From NCBI GenBank assembly GCA_950097015.1, contig CATNEN010000025.1, forward strand, positions 2,790,001 through 2,854,000: DNA of 64,000 bases, given 5' to 3'. This document shows, piece after piece, positions 24,401-35,469 of the stretch (position 1 is its first letter; every line of letters begins with the position of its first letter). Under the pieces are notes generated by a model that was given only the letters and a program-made list of their open reading frames with translations, searched no databases and was not told the origin of the DNA. The stretch comes from Macrostomum hystrix. Taxonomy: Eukaryota; Animalia; Platyhelminthes. The position numbers were made by a program, and so were the translations under genes.

Positions 24401-27400
24401 CAGAAGCCGGAGATGCTGACTGTCGGATAAGAACTTTTATTACGCAGAAATTCTTCGCAAGCTAACAAGCTGGCGACGCGAAGATAGCGATGGATCGGCG
24501 AATCAGTAGCCGCAGTCTCGCCCATGCCATCAATCGTCGAAGTAGCCACATCATCGCCAAGGGTGATAACGAATTCGAAATCGCGCATTAGCGGCCGCAG
24601 TTGCTGCTCGAAAAATCGTTTAGCATCACTGGCGCCGTCGCTTTCGCCGTCGCCGTCACTTTCGACTTCGCCGTCGCCGTCGCCTTCGCCATGAATGGAG
24701 CCCAACAGAATCCAGCAGTGCCAGGCGCCAGCGGCATTTAACAGTTCAACGGTGCTAGTTGACGTCGGAAAAGCCGACGGAGATGACAAATTTAATAGGC
24801 GCCGAGCGGTCCCTGCTTCGAGTCCCAGACGTCGCAGGGAGGTCAGGAGTTCGAGTCGAATAAGCGGCTGGCTGGAGACGATCGTTTCATTCACGAGGGT
24901 CAAGGCGTCTGCAATGTCAGCCAAGACGGATGCTGGCAGCGTTCTTGGCATCGAGAGCAGCAGCAGACGATCCAGCAGAGCTAGCAGGCGCTCTGTCAGT
25001 TCTGCCTTCACTGATGATGAATCATTTTCTGCCAATTGGCGCAGAACGGCGACAAAAAATCTCGGCGAAGCTACGTCGATAGCCTGATCGAGGCACTGCA
25101 GCGTCGGCTCCGGGCTTAGCATTTGCGACGAAGTCACAAGCATCGGATCCACGAATTCGCCGATTTCGTCAATAGTTGGCTGATCATTGCAGTCTTCGGA
25201 AACCTTAAGAATGAAAAGACAGTGCGTGATCTGATTTGTACTTTTATTTGCACAGTAGGCTAGCGGTCTTGGCGCAGCGCTTTACCTGAGCCAATTCTCA
25301 ATAGTGACTACTCGCTCTACCGAGAAGTGGCTCAGGCGCCAGCACCAGACCCTCTGGAGCGGCTACGACAATTACAGGCAAGCCCGATCCGCGATGCCTG
25401 GAATTAACCGGAAAGTCTCTCAAGAGAACTGACCTCAGGGAGATGTCCATCATAGGTAGTAGTAAGCCAGTAGTAAGTAATTACCTGGGGCACTTCTTCT
25501 GTCCATTTGTTGACGTCCACCACGTCGAGATAGCCGACTCCGGCAGCCTGGGCGCGGCCGGTCGAAGGCTGCAGCACAAACAGTTCCGCTTCGATGAGCG
25601 GCACTTTGCGAACCCGCGTCGATCGACTACGGCGCCGATCTCCGGGCAGATCGAATCTTTGAAGATCAACGCTGACAGAAATTAACTGAAAGGCGTCGGC
25701 AATGTCGCTGTCCTTCAGCCAGACGAATGTTCCGCGATGGCTTCCTCGATACAGCTGCAGCGAGCGCTCCGAGAGGTCCAGGCTGTAGTCCTGGCCGAGG
25801 CGATGCTGACGGCGGCAGTTGAGCTGGCCGGAGAACAGGTAGGCACGGACACTGTCCGGTGGTAGGGGCGCAGCCGTGCACAGACTGAATGGGCGAAGGA
25901 ACAGCAGCGCCAGGCAGAGCTGATCGGGCAGCCGCAGAACTAGGAGGCTGAGTGGCGATGGATGAAGGGAAAAATATTGCGCAACTTTCAAGGGTTAAAA
26001 AAATATAATCAGAATCCCAATCCATGTAGATCCAAATCCAACAGATCCCAATCCAATCAGATCCCAATCCATGTAGATCCCAATCCAATCAGATCCCAAT
26101 CCAATCAAATCCCAATCTAAACAGATTCAAAATATCCGAAAAATATAACAATCCGACCAAATCCCATCAACACACATCCCACTTTTGCCAGATCCCAAAT
26201 TCGAATCAGAATCCAATTCGAATAGCATCCCAATTCAATCCGATCCCAACGCAACGCACCATCTCGGGTGCCTGGCCAGAGCTCTCAGCAGGTGAGCCCA
26301 ATCAAAGCTGGCCTGGTCGAAGCGAAAGTACAGCTGCCAGCGGCAGTCGACCCCGGCTAGGCCGAAGGCGGTCCGGTCGTCCGACCGTATCAGCAGGCGC
26401 GACTTGTTCAAAGCATTGAGAACCAGCGGAGCGGGCAGGCCGATCTCGCGAATGGCCACTCGCTTCTGGTCGAGGCTGAAGCGGCCGAAATCTACGAAGT
26501 CCGCGTAATTGTGGCGCAGCATGATCCTGGCGTCTGGGGTAGCAGATAATGAAGTGGCTGCTCAGATTCGGAAAACGGCTAAAACTGCTGATAAACCCGT
26601 GTGATGGTCACTGAGAATTTTGCAGGCGTAGCTTGCAAAGCAGATGAATAGGGGAAGGGAAGAAGTCTAAACTTGCCAGTGCGGGGCAGAGGGAAGAGGA
26701 GGACAGGCGAAGAGGACAGGGTAAGAGGACAGGGTAAGAGGACATGGGAAGAGGACAGGGTAAGAGGACATGGGAAGAGGACAGGGTAAGAGGACAGGGT
26801 AAGAGGACATGGGAAGAGGACAGGGTAAGAGGACATGGGAAGAGGACAGGGTAAGAGGACATGGGAAGAGGACAGGGTAAGAGGACAGGGTAAGAGGACA
26901 TGGGAAGAGGACAGGGTAAGAGGACAGAATAAGAGGACAGGGTAAGAGGACAGGGTAAGAGGACAGCGTAGGAGGATAGGCGAAGAGGACAGGGTAAGAG
27001 GACAGGGTAAGAGGACAGGCGAAGAGGACAGGGTAAGAGGACAGGGTAAGAGGACAGGGTAAGAGGAGCGAGGAAAGCAAGCTCCGAGGGAAAGGCAGGG
27101 GAGAAGGGAATGGGGGTCGGTCAGGGAAAGTTAGGTATTGGAGGTCCTATTGGCCTCAGGCTAGGCAGCCCCACTCGTCCCATAGGCCACGAACAGAATC
27201 GTTGTGCCTACTGCCATAGTAGCCTACTGCCGTGAGTAGCGCAATGCGCATTAAACTCCTAGCTTTGGTAGCAGTTGTCGAGAAGTTCTAGGCTATATAT
27301 ATCTAGTCAGAGAAATGCGGAAAGCCTATAGGCAAAGCGGAAAGGATCTAAGGTAGTGCCTAGAGATGATTTCGCGACCTAGGGAGATTGTATAACTTAA

Positions 27401-30400
27401 AAAAAAATTGGCTGGCTGAAATACACAGCTAAAATAAAAATAAAGGTCGGTGACCACCGACGTTGGAGACGACGCAGGTACATTCGGGTGACATGCTGAT
27501 AAATTTTGAAGGCCTGGCAAGGCCGCACTGGGGCGCAGTGCTAATTCGTGTATAGGGGTGTGAAATACACTTGTGCTTATGGGATATCTCGACTGTCTGA
27601 AGGGTCTGAAGCGATTTGATTCTTGCTTCAGTAGATGCGCAAAAATATAGGTATTTAGGATCACAATCTATAGGACTTGGGTATTTAACATAATCATCTA
27701 TTGTACTTCAGATGAACGGAAAATGGGATTTGGGATAGAAAGTGATGGGATGGCACCCACCCTCCAGCGAGTCGCAGCGAGACCGGCAGAAATCCCAGAC
27801 GAACTGAAATTTGCTGAACTCGCCAAGGCGACCGAAATCTTCTCGACAGCTCAGCAGCTCGGCGACAAACTCGGACCTCACCGACTCCACCGTCAGCATC
27901 GAATTGTTGGCCGCTCCGTCTTGTGACTTCCCTGCTGACGATCTCCGGATGGCTTGGTAGGCCAGAGACCTGTATGGCAACAACAGAACAGGTGACTCGA
28001 AATAATTTAAGCGAATTTTAAGTATCAGGGGACAAGGAACACTGATTAATCTGAGGAACTGGATTACTGAATCCTCAAAAGATTATCCCGGATTACTGAA
28101 GCTACACATGAGGACTTGGGATTATTTTAGATTTACCTGAGGATGTGGGATTATTGTAGATTTACATGAGGATGTGGGATTATTGAAGATTTACCTGAGG
28201 ATGTGGGATTATTGTAGATTTACATGAGCATGTGGGATTATTTTAGATTTACCTGAGGATGTGGGATTATTGTAGATTTACCTGAGGATGTGGGATTATT
28301 GTAGATTTACCTGAGGATGTGGGATTATTGTAGACTTACCTGAGGATGTGGGATTATTGTAGACTTACCTGAGGATGTGGGATTATTGTAGACTTACCTG
28401 AGGATGTGGGATTATTGAATATTTACCTGAGGATGTGGGATTATTTTAGATTTACATGAGGATGTTGGATTAGTGTAGCTTAAACTAAAGATTTGGGATT
28501 ATAGTAGATTTACCTGAGGATTTAAGAGCATTGTAGCTACACTTTTTTATCTGGAAAGGTATGTTTTAACTCACCTTCGAATTTCGCGACCATTGAGCAC
28601 CATTTTTTGCCAGACAAATTTGTCAGCGCATTGTTTTGCTTCGGATTGCCCCTTCAGCAGCTCTTTTTCCAAGGCTATCAGTTTATCAGACGGAATTGCT
28701 TCGCCCGACTTTGCGGCATCAATTGCCCGCGAGAACATACACCCGAGCTGTCGGCACTGTTCAGCCTCCGGTCCGAGCAGATCTGCCCAGTCCCTGTACA
28801 GCCTGTCAATGTCTGATATGATTCTCTGATTAGCATTCTGAGCTGCAAAATAGCTCAACAAATCCAGCCTAGCTAGCTGATCGCTTCTGATTGATTTTGT
28901 TGAATTGATTGCTGCTGGATAGTCGTAGGGTTTTACCTGCTGTTTGGGTACGAGATCTGAAAGCAGCGGAGCGGAAATGTTTGCCTAGATACCAGAAAAC
29001 TAAATACCGATCCTCATATATACACCCTACAGTCTCACGGGGATCCAAATCTACCTTCCTCAATAAGATCACAATCTACCTTCCTCAATAAGATCCCAAA
29101 TCTACCTTCTTTAATAAGATCCCAATCTACCTTCCTCAATAAGATCCCAATATACCTTCCTCAAAAAGATCCCAATATACCTTCCTCAATAAGATCCCAA
29201 TCTAACTTTCCTAATAAGATCCCAATCTACCTTCCTCAATAAGATCCCAATCTAACTTTCCTAATAAGATCCCAATCCACCTTCCTCAATAAGATCCCAA
29301 TCTAACTTTACTAATAAGATCCCAATCTACCTTCCTCAATACGATCCTAATCTACCTTCCTCAATACGATCACAATCTACATTCTCACTTGGAACCCAAT
29401 CTAAATTCTCACCTGGATCCCAATCTAAATTCTCACTTGGATCCCAATCTACATTCTCACCTGGATCCCAATCTACATTCTCACCTGGATCCCAATCTAA
29501 ATTTTCACTTGGATCCCAATCTACATTCTCACCTGGATCCCAATCTAAATTTTCACTTGGATCCCAATCTACATTCTCACCTGGATCCCAATCTAAATTC
29601 TCACTTGGATCCCAATCTACATTCTCACCTGGATCCCAATCTAAATTCTCACTTGGATCCCAATCTACATTCTCACCTGGATCCCAATCTACATTCTCAC
29701 TTGGATCCCAATCTACATTCTCACCTGGATCCCAATATACATTCTCACCTGGATCCCAATATACATTCTCACCTGGATCCCAATCTACATTCTCACCTGG
29801 ATCCCAATCTACATTCTCACCTGGATCCCAGCACACAAAGTACTGATCCCCATCCAGATCGGAGCCGGCAATTTCCCCCGGATGCGGTCGCGGCCCAGTG
29901 ACAGGAAACACTATGCAATCAACCAGGTGAGACAGATTAGCTAATCCCGGATTATCCTCGTCTGTGACAGCGCGCAGCACTCGAACATCGCCGAGCAGAT
30001 AGCAGGGATTTTTCGACACCAATACTCGGCCGCGCAGGCTTACGTAGCGGCCTCTGTCGACAGTGATTCGCAGCTCGCAGCCCATCGCTGCCAGGAACTC
30101 TTCGTCGACGTCGTCGCCACTGCCAAAGGCACCATGGCAGATGCGACGCGCCAGCTCTGGACTAACGCCGCCGCAGCCGTCGGTAAAACAGTGGCGCCTA
30201 TTACTGTCATAAATGTCGTCGGCCTTGAGTAGCCATTCTGGCTCGACAGTCACACGAGTTAGTCGGACAGCGCTGAACAATAGGCCGGTTCGAGACAGAC
30301 GCTTTGAAGCACTGCTTATCTTCTAGAGAGGCGAAAATGGACAGTGAATCACTTAATGCGACTGAGAACTGAGAAGTGACTCACAGTGATTGCATACGAG

Positions 30401-33058
30401 AGTGAGTCATTTAAATTTGATCAGTGAGTGACACAATGCCGGTTGGATCAGAAATTAAATCACCGTGACTAGATCTGAGAGTGATTCAAATTTAACAGCC
30501 CAATTTATGATGACTTAAACCAGGCATCTATGAATCCATTCCAACCTGGAATTCACCCAATTTGGCCAGCGCCGCCTCGACCTCATCGGCGGTGCCGCGC
30601 CACAGGTAGCACTTGCGCTGCTTCAAACCGCCGGAGCTGCAGCCGAGAAAAGCCACCGACTGGCCGGCAACCATGAGCTGGCGTTTGTCGCCGCCTAGCA
30701 GCATAGCTCGAACACTGGATTCTGGCACTTTAGCGTCGAACTGCATCACCAGGAGCTTGTCGGCGCCTTCAGCAGCAATAAATCGATTCTCTTCGGCGCC
30801 CTGCTGACCAATCAGCTGCCAGGATTGGCCAGCGTTGTGCTCCGAGATTGTCAGCGCCGGCAAACGCAGTCGGCGATGCCGCCCGAATCGTCCGGGTTGT
30901 AAAAGCAACGCTTGTTCCGTTTCCTGCGAATAATTTATGGGGTTACTAGATTAATAGGTAGTAATTAGAATAGGAATTATTGTATACACAGATTTTACCT
31001 GCACGCAGGCACACACTCACACAGGGTGTGTACATCTGCCCGTGTCCGTCTCATCGTCAGGCAGTGTACACTCTCACTGTGCCTTGGAGGTTGGCCCTCA
31101 AGGGCGTTAAATTGCACCACATGCTCCCCAAGCATTTTCTCCGCGGCTGCACACTCATATAAAATTTTTCAATAAATGTCCTAATAAGTGTCAGTGTAAG
31201 TTAAGTATTAATGTACAGCTGTTCAGTCCATGGACTAGGGGGACACCGCCGACTAAATTTAAACCCTGATGCTGGTACCCAATTTATATTTGGGGAGACT
31301 TAAGCACTGTGGGAAATAATTTGCTTTAGGTGTTCTGTAAGAAAGGTCAGCAGTTCGAACCTTCAGTAAGACACTTAATTATCTGGTACTGCAGATCACC
31401 CAGATGTAAAATGGGTACGAGCATCAGCTAATGTGGCGGCCACCCCAGTCCATGGACTGAGCAGTTGTACACAGCGTTTGGAAACGCAGCGCAATAGTTG
31501 CGGCTGTGGCATTGGCTGTAAATCAGAGCCAATTAGAGGGGCTAGTGAGAGTGAGTAGGTTGTATATATAAGACAAAAATATATGATTTATCACCTGAGG
31601 CGGATCCACATAGAATGCCAAGTTGACAATGTCACTCAATGTTGATTCTGAATTTTTACATTTTCTCTGCTTTCCTTTGCTGTCGGCGTAGTGGTTCAAT
31701 GTGGAAGTCGGCAATGGAAATTCGCCGTCAATCGCGCGCCGCAATGACCTGCGATATAATTTATGAAGGCAATGTGAAAACATGCGCACCGGACATTGAG
31801 GAAGATGACAGATGGATTGATATAGCTGAAGGGGTAGAATTGGCGCTGACACTACAGGCTGGGGGTAGAATTGGCGCTGACACTACAGGCTGGGGGTAGA
31901 ATTGGCGCTGACACTACAGGTCGGGGGGTAGAATTGGCGCTGACACTACAGGCTGGGGGTAGAATTGGCGCTGGCACTACAGGTCGGGGGGGTAGAATTG
32001 GCGCTGACACTACAGGTCGGGGGGTAGAATTGGCGCTGACACTACAGGTCGGGGGGTAGAATTGGCGCTGACACTACAGGCTGGGGGTAGAATTGGCGCT
32101 GACACTACAGGTCGGGGGGGTAGAATTGGCGCTGACACTACAGGTCGGGGGGTAGAATTGGCGCTGACACTACAGGCCGGGGGGTAGAATTGGCACTGAC
32201 AGTACAGGTCGTGGGTAGAATTGGCACTGACAGTACAGGTCGGGGGTAGAATTGGCACTGACAGTACAGGTCGGGGGTAGAATTGGCGCTGACATTGGGC
32301 TGTGAACAGCTTTTCAGTCCATGGACTGGGGAGACGCCACAGCCAGCCCCAATTATTTATTACCCCAGTTAATGCTGGTGCCCATTTACATATGTAAGAG
32401 CTGGGTGAACTGAAGAAATGCAGAGTTAAGTGTCTTGCTAAAGGACCCAAAATGCTCGAATGGAGTCGGGAATCGAACCCCCGACTTTCAAGTCGCTAGT
32501 CGCTAGATCTAACAACTAGGCTACAGCCTTCTACGAGGTAGGGGTGGGGTCAAGAACTCACTCAACAGCAGCGGCCAGCCCGCTGTCCGTCAGTTCGTCC
32601 ACAGTCAGCGTCATGTACGGCACATTAAACTGGCGACATGCCAGGTGGAATCTATCGCCGTAATTAGCATCAGCCTGGGCGTCTGTGGATGGGGAGAATG
32701 GGGAGAAAATCAGGACTACTAGAGAGGAGCGATAGAGTGTGACACTCTCGACTAGGCTGGGACAGTCCCCAGCCAAGGCCGCCGAGAGCCGCCTCTTGAA
32801 GCTGTAATCATCGAGACCAGCCAGGTGCAGCAGCAGCAGGTCGATAGCCGAGTGCAGGCTGGCAAAGTCTGGTACCAGATTGTCCTCTTGTCGGCGAATA
32901 TCGGCTAAAGTCGACTGGAAATCAATTGGCGACGAAGTTGGCGAGGGTCGACTAATGACTCGCCGACGACAGCGACGAAAAATGTCTGCCTCGCGAAAGG
33001 CGGTCAGCAGAGTCCGCTGCTGCTGATCTAATCGTCGGCCGCAGACGATGAGACGCAT
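21420..33058 (-). CDS. RNA-dependent RNA polymerase fused to a C-terminal Upf1/DNA2-NAM7-type SF1 helicase and an RGG-repeat tail; 10 exons, ~2106 aa
   Basis: Exons 33058-32562, 31748-31595, 30923-30546, 30322-29821, 28956-28575, 27969-27761, 26557-26260, 25947-25485, 25203-23857 and 23510-21420; all GT-AG, phases 2,0,0,1,2,1,2,0,0 match; 6321 nt open. RdRP motifs: [73 protein letters not shown]. Helicase motifs: [24 protein letters not shown]. Start codon uncertain; the fusion rests on predicted splicing. Confidence 0.82.
21425..22110 (-). repeat. 39 bp coding repeat giving ~17 copies of [13 protein letters not shown] at the C-terminus of the RdRP-helicase
   Basis: In frame with the helicase in ORF 21420..23459; ends at the stop codon. 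Confidence 0.85.
22300..23460 (-). other. SF1B (Upf1/Hrr1/ZNFX1/senataxin-like) helicase domain
   Basis: Ordered motifs [54 protein letters not shown]. Confidence 0.88.
23597..23725 (+). mobile_element. SINE family 1, internally deleted copy
   Basis: GCCTCTCGCACCAAGGTCCCTGAGCTCGATTCC head joined to AGTGAGAGTGTACACTGCCTGA..AAAGTCAGGGCAGAT. Confidence 0.8.
26690..27065. repeat. 13 bp intronic minisatellite (GAGGACAGGGTAA/GAGGACATGGGAA)
   Basis: Direct tandem copies. Confidence 0.93.
28105..28525. repeat. 29 bp intronic minisatellite (GATGTGGGATTATTGTAGATTTACCTGAG)
   Basis: Direct tandem copies. Confidence 0.93.
29040..29383. repeat. 25 bp intronic minisatellite (AAGATCCCAATCTACCTTCCTCAAT), related to the adjacent 24-mer
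   Basis: Direct tandem copies sharing GATCCCAATCTA with the neighbouring array. Confidence 0.9.
29384..29830 (-). repeat. 24 bp repeat spanning the RdRP exon-4 donor (TGGGATCCAG|GTGAGAATGTAGAT), 19 donor copies
   Basis: First unit overlaps the exon end at 29821; donor copies at 24-bp intervals down to 29388. Confidence 0.93.
31000..31150 (-). mobile_element. SINE family 1 fragment
   Basis: GTGTGTACATCTGCCC..CAGGCAGTGTACACTCTCACTGTGCCTTGGAGGTTGGCCCT matches 53401-53733. Confidence 0.8.
31212..31310 (-). mobile_element. SINE family 2, 3' fragment
   Basis: Reverse complement reads TGGGTACCAGCATCAG...AGTCCATGGACTGAACAGCTGTACA. Confidence 0.7.
31345..31480 (+). mobile_element. SINE family 2 copy
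   Basis: AGTTCGAACC B-box remnant, AAGACACTTAA, CACCCAGATGTAAAATGGGTAC, CCCCAGTCCATGGACTG. Confidence 0.75.
31830..32290. repeat. ~31-32 bp intronic minisatellite (GGGGTAGAATTGGCGCTGACACTACAGGTC)
   Basis: Direct tandem copies. Confidence 0.93.
32291..32528 (-). mobile_element. SINE family 2, near full length
   Basis: tRNA-like head GGCTGTAGCCTAGTTG...GGGGGTTCGATTCCCGACTCCA, followed by AAGACACTTAACTCTGCATTTCTTCAGTTCACCCAGC and CAGTCCATGGACTG. Confidence 0.8.
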
Positions 33059-33429
33059 TTGGTTAGAGCCGGCTGCAACGGTTTTTTCAAGATCAGCAAC
33101 CGGACTCGGACAGTCGATCAAGAAAAATCGAATCAATTTATCGATCCATATTTTAATCTCTAATCGAAAAATTTTCGAGTAGGGCCTAACTAAATCTCTA
33201 TTTATAGCAAAATCGATCCGCAAAAAAACTAATATAATTATTGATCGATCGATCAATAAAAAATCATTCGTCAAGTTACTTTCGAATCTCAAAGTAGACT
33301 ATCAAATTATCGATCGATTTTCTTTATTACCAATCAAAATATCGATTGCTTTTTTAATTCACCCATCAAATTATCGATCGGCTTTAAAAATCATTTTTCT
33401 ATTTAAATCGATCAATTTTTTAAACCATC

Positions 33430-34100
33430 AATCAACTTATAAATAGATTATCGAAATCACCAATCAACTTATAAATAGATTATCGAAATCACCAAGCAAG
33501 TTATAAATATATTATCGAAATCACCAAGCAAGTTATAAATAGATTATGGAAATCAACAATCAACTTATAAATAGTTTCTCGAAATCAACAATCAACTTAT
33601 AAATAGATTATGGAAATCACCAATCAATTTATAAATAGATTATGGAAATCACCAATCAATTTATAAATAGATTATGGAAATCACCAATCAACTTATAAAT
33701 AGATTATGGAAATCACCAATCAACTTATAAATAGATTATGGAAATCAACAATCAACTTATAAATAGTTTCTCGAAATCAACAATCAACTTATAAATAGAT
33801 TATGGAAATCACCAATCAATTTATAAATAGATTATGGAAATCACCAATCAATTTATAAATAGATTATGGAAATCACCAATCAACTTATAAATAGATTATG
33901 GAAATCACCAATCAACTTATAAATAGATTATGGAAATCACCAATCAATTTATAAATAGATTCTCGAAATCACCAATCAATTTATAAATAGATTCTCGAAA
34001 TCACCAATCAAGTTACTGATAGATTTTCAAAATCACTTATCAAGTTACTGATAGATTTTCAAAATCACCAATCAAGTTACTGATAGATTTTCAAAATCAC
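33430..34100. repeat. 32 bp AT-rich minisatellite (CAATCAACTTATAAATAGATTATGGAAATCAC)
   Basis: Direct tandem copies upstream of the RdRP gene. Confidence 0.93.
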
Positions 34101-34959
34101 AATCTACGAGTAATTATCAATCAAATTTTCAAATCACTAATTGATCAATCGATCGATTTTCAAAACCACTAATCAAAAGAATCAAACAATTATAGATTCT
34201 CGAGTAACTCAACAAATGGTTCATCGATTATAGATTAGCAAAATATAAAATCTAAATATAACCGATGTAATCGAGAACTAAAATGCTGAAATACAGCGTT
34301 CTTAAAATAGAAATCTAGTTCAAGCCTACCATTAAATATTGTGTAAATTGTTAGAAACGCAAAGTTCATTGATAGATTAAAAGAGGAACAAGTTTCTTAT
34401 AAATATAATTGTTAGACCTCAATCGGACCTAAATGTAGGTAGATATACTCGTTTTAAGTTGTGTTGTGATATTATAATTTTAACATCTGTATCCCTTTTA
34501 AATACTCTACAATAAAAACAGTAAGATCAAACAAATAATAATTTAAATACAGGGCAATTTCGCTTCAATTAATATAGCTTGCCAATGTCTATTTAGTACA
34601 CTAGAATTAACGCACTCTTAAAGTAGAGCGTCAATTAAAAGGTACAGGTGTGTTTGCGCCAATGATTAAAACGGTAAATAATTTGCGTCAAACCCAACGC
34701 CTCTAGACAAAAACTAGCAGAGAAAAAAACAAAAACAAATAATTTCAGAACAAAACAAGTGGAAGTGCAACCAAGATAAACCGATAGCGTTCTCTGTGGC
34801 AAGTGCAACCTAAGAATCTAACAAAAGGTAACAAGCATCAGCAGAATTAATAGTGCATGATTACTGGAATGCATATGTAAACTTACTTAGGAAAACTGAC
34901 ACCACTATATTTCCGTCTGATAAGTTAACTACTTCAGCAAAGCGATGGAAAAATAATAG

Positions 34960-35445
34960 GGCTGTGGGATTTGAAGGGTTTAGGAGTGAGATATTGCTGT
35001 GGGATTTGAAGGGTTTGGGAGTGAGATGTTGCTGTGGGATTTGAAGGGTTTGGGAGTGAGATGTTGCTGTGGGATTTGAAGGGTTTGGGAGTGAGATGTT
35101 GCTGTGGGATTTGAAGGGTTTAGGAGTGAGATGTTGCTGTGGGATTTGAAGGGCTTAGCAGTGAGATATTGCTGTGGGATTTGAAGGGTTTAGCAGTAAG
35201 ATGTTGCTGTGGGATTTGAAGGGTTTAGCAGTAAGATGTTGCTGTGGGATTTGAAGGGTTTAGGAGTGAGATGTTGCTGTGGGATTTGAAGGGCTTAGCA
35301 GTGAGATGTTGCTGTGGGATTTGAAGGGTTTAGCAGTAAGATGTTGCTGTGGGATTTGAAGGGTTTAGGAGTGAGATGTTGCTGTGGGATTTGAAGGGTT
35401 TGGCAGTGAGATGTTGCTGTGGGATTTGAAGGGCTTGGCAGTGAG
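34960..35445. repeat. 35 bp minisatellite (GTGAGATGTTGCTGTGGGATTTGAAGGGTTTAGGA), left block
   Basis: Direct tandem copies. Confidence 0.93.
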
Positions 35446-35469
35446 TATTTCCGTCTGATAAGTTAACTA

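Larger units (their letters stand above)
28600..30830 (-). other. Eukaryotic (QDE-1/RDR/RRF-type) RdRP catalytic domain spread over exons 3-5
   Basis: Signature SDLDGD and flanking motifs in canonical order. Confidence 0.92.

Noticed and set aside
31749-31828. Alternative acceptor at 31828 for RdRP exon 2
   Set aside because: Phase 0, incompatible with the phase-2 donor of exon 1; the acceptor at 31749 fits.
32461-32528. tRNA gene (also 15961-16005 and 53660-53733)
   Set aside because: A/B-box-like heads run straight into repeated SINE bodies and do not form a convincing cloverleaf.
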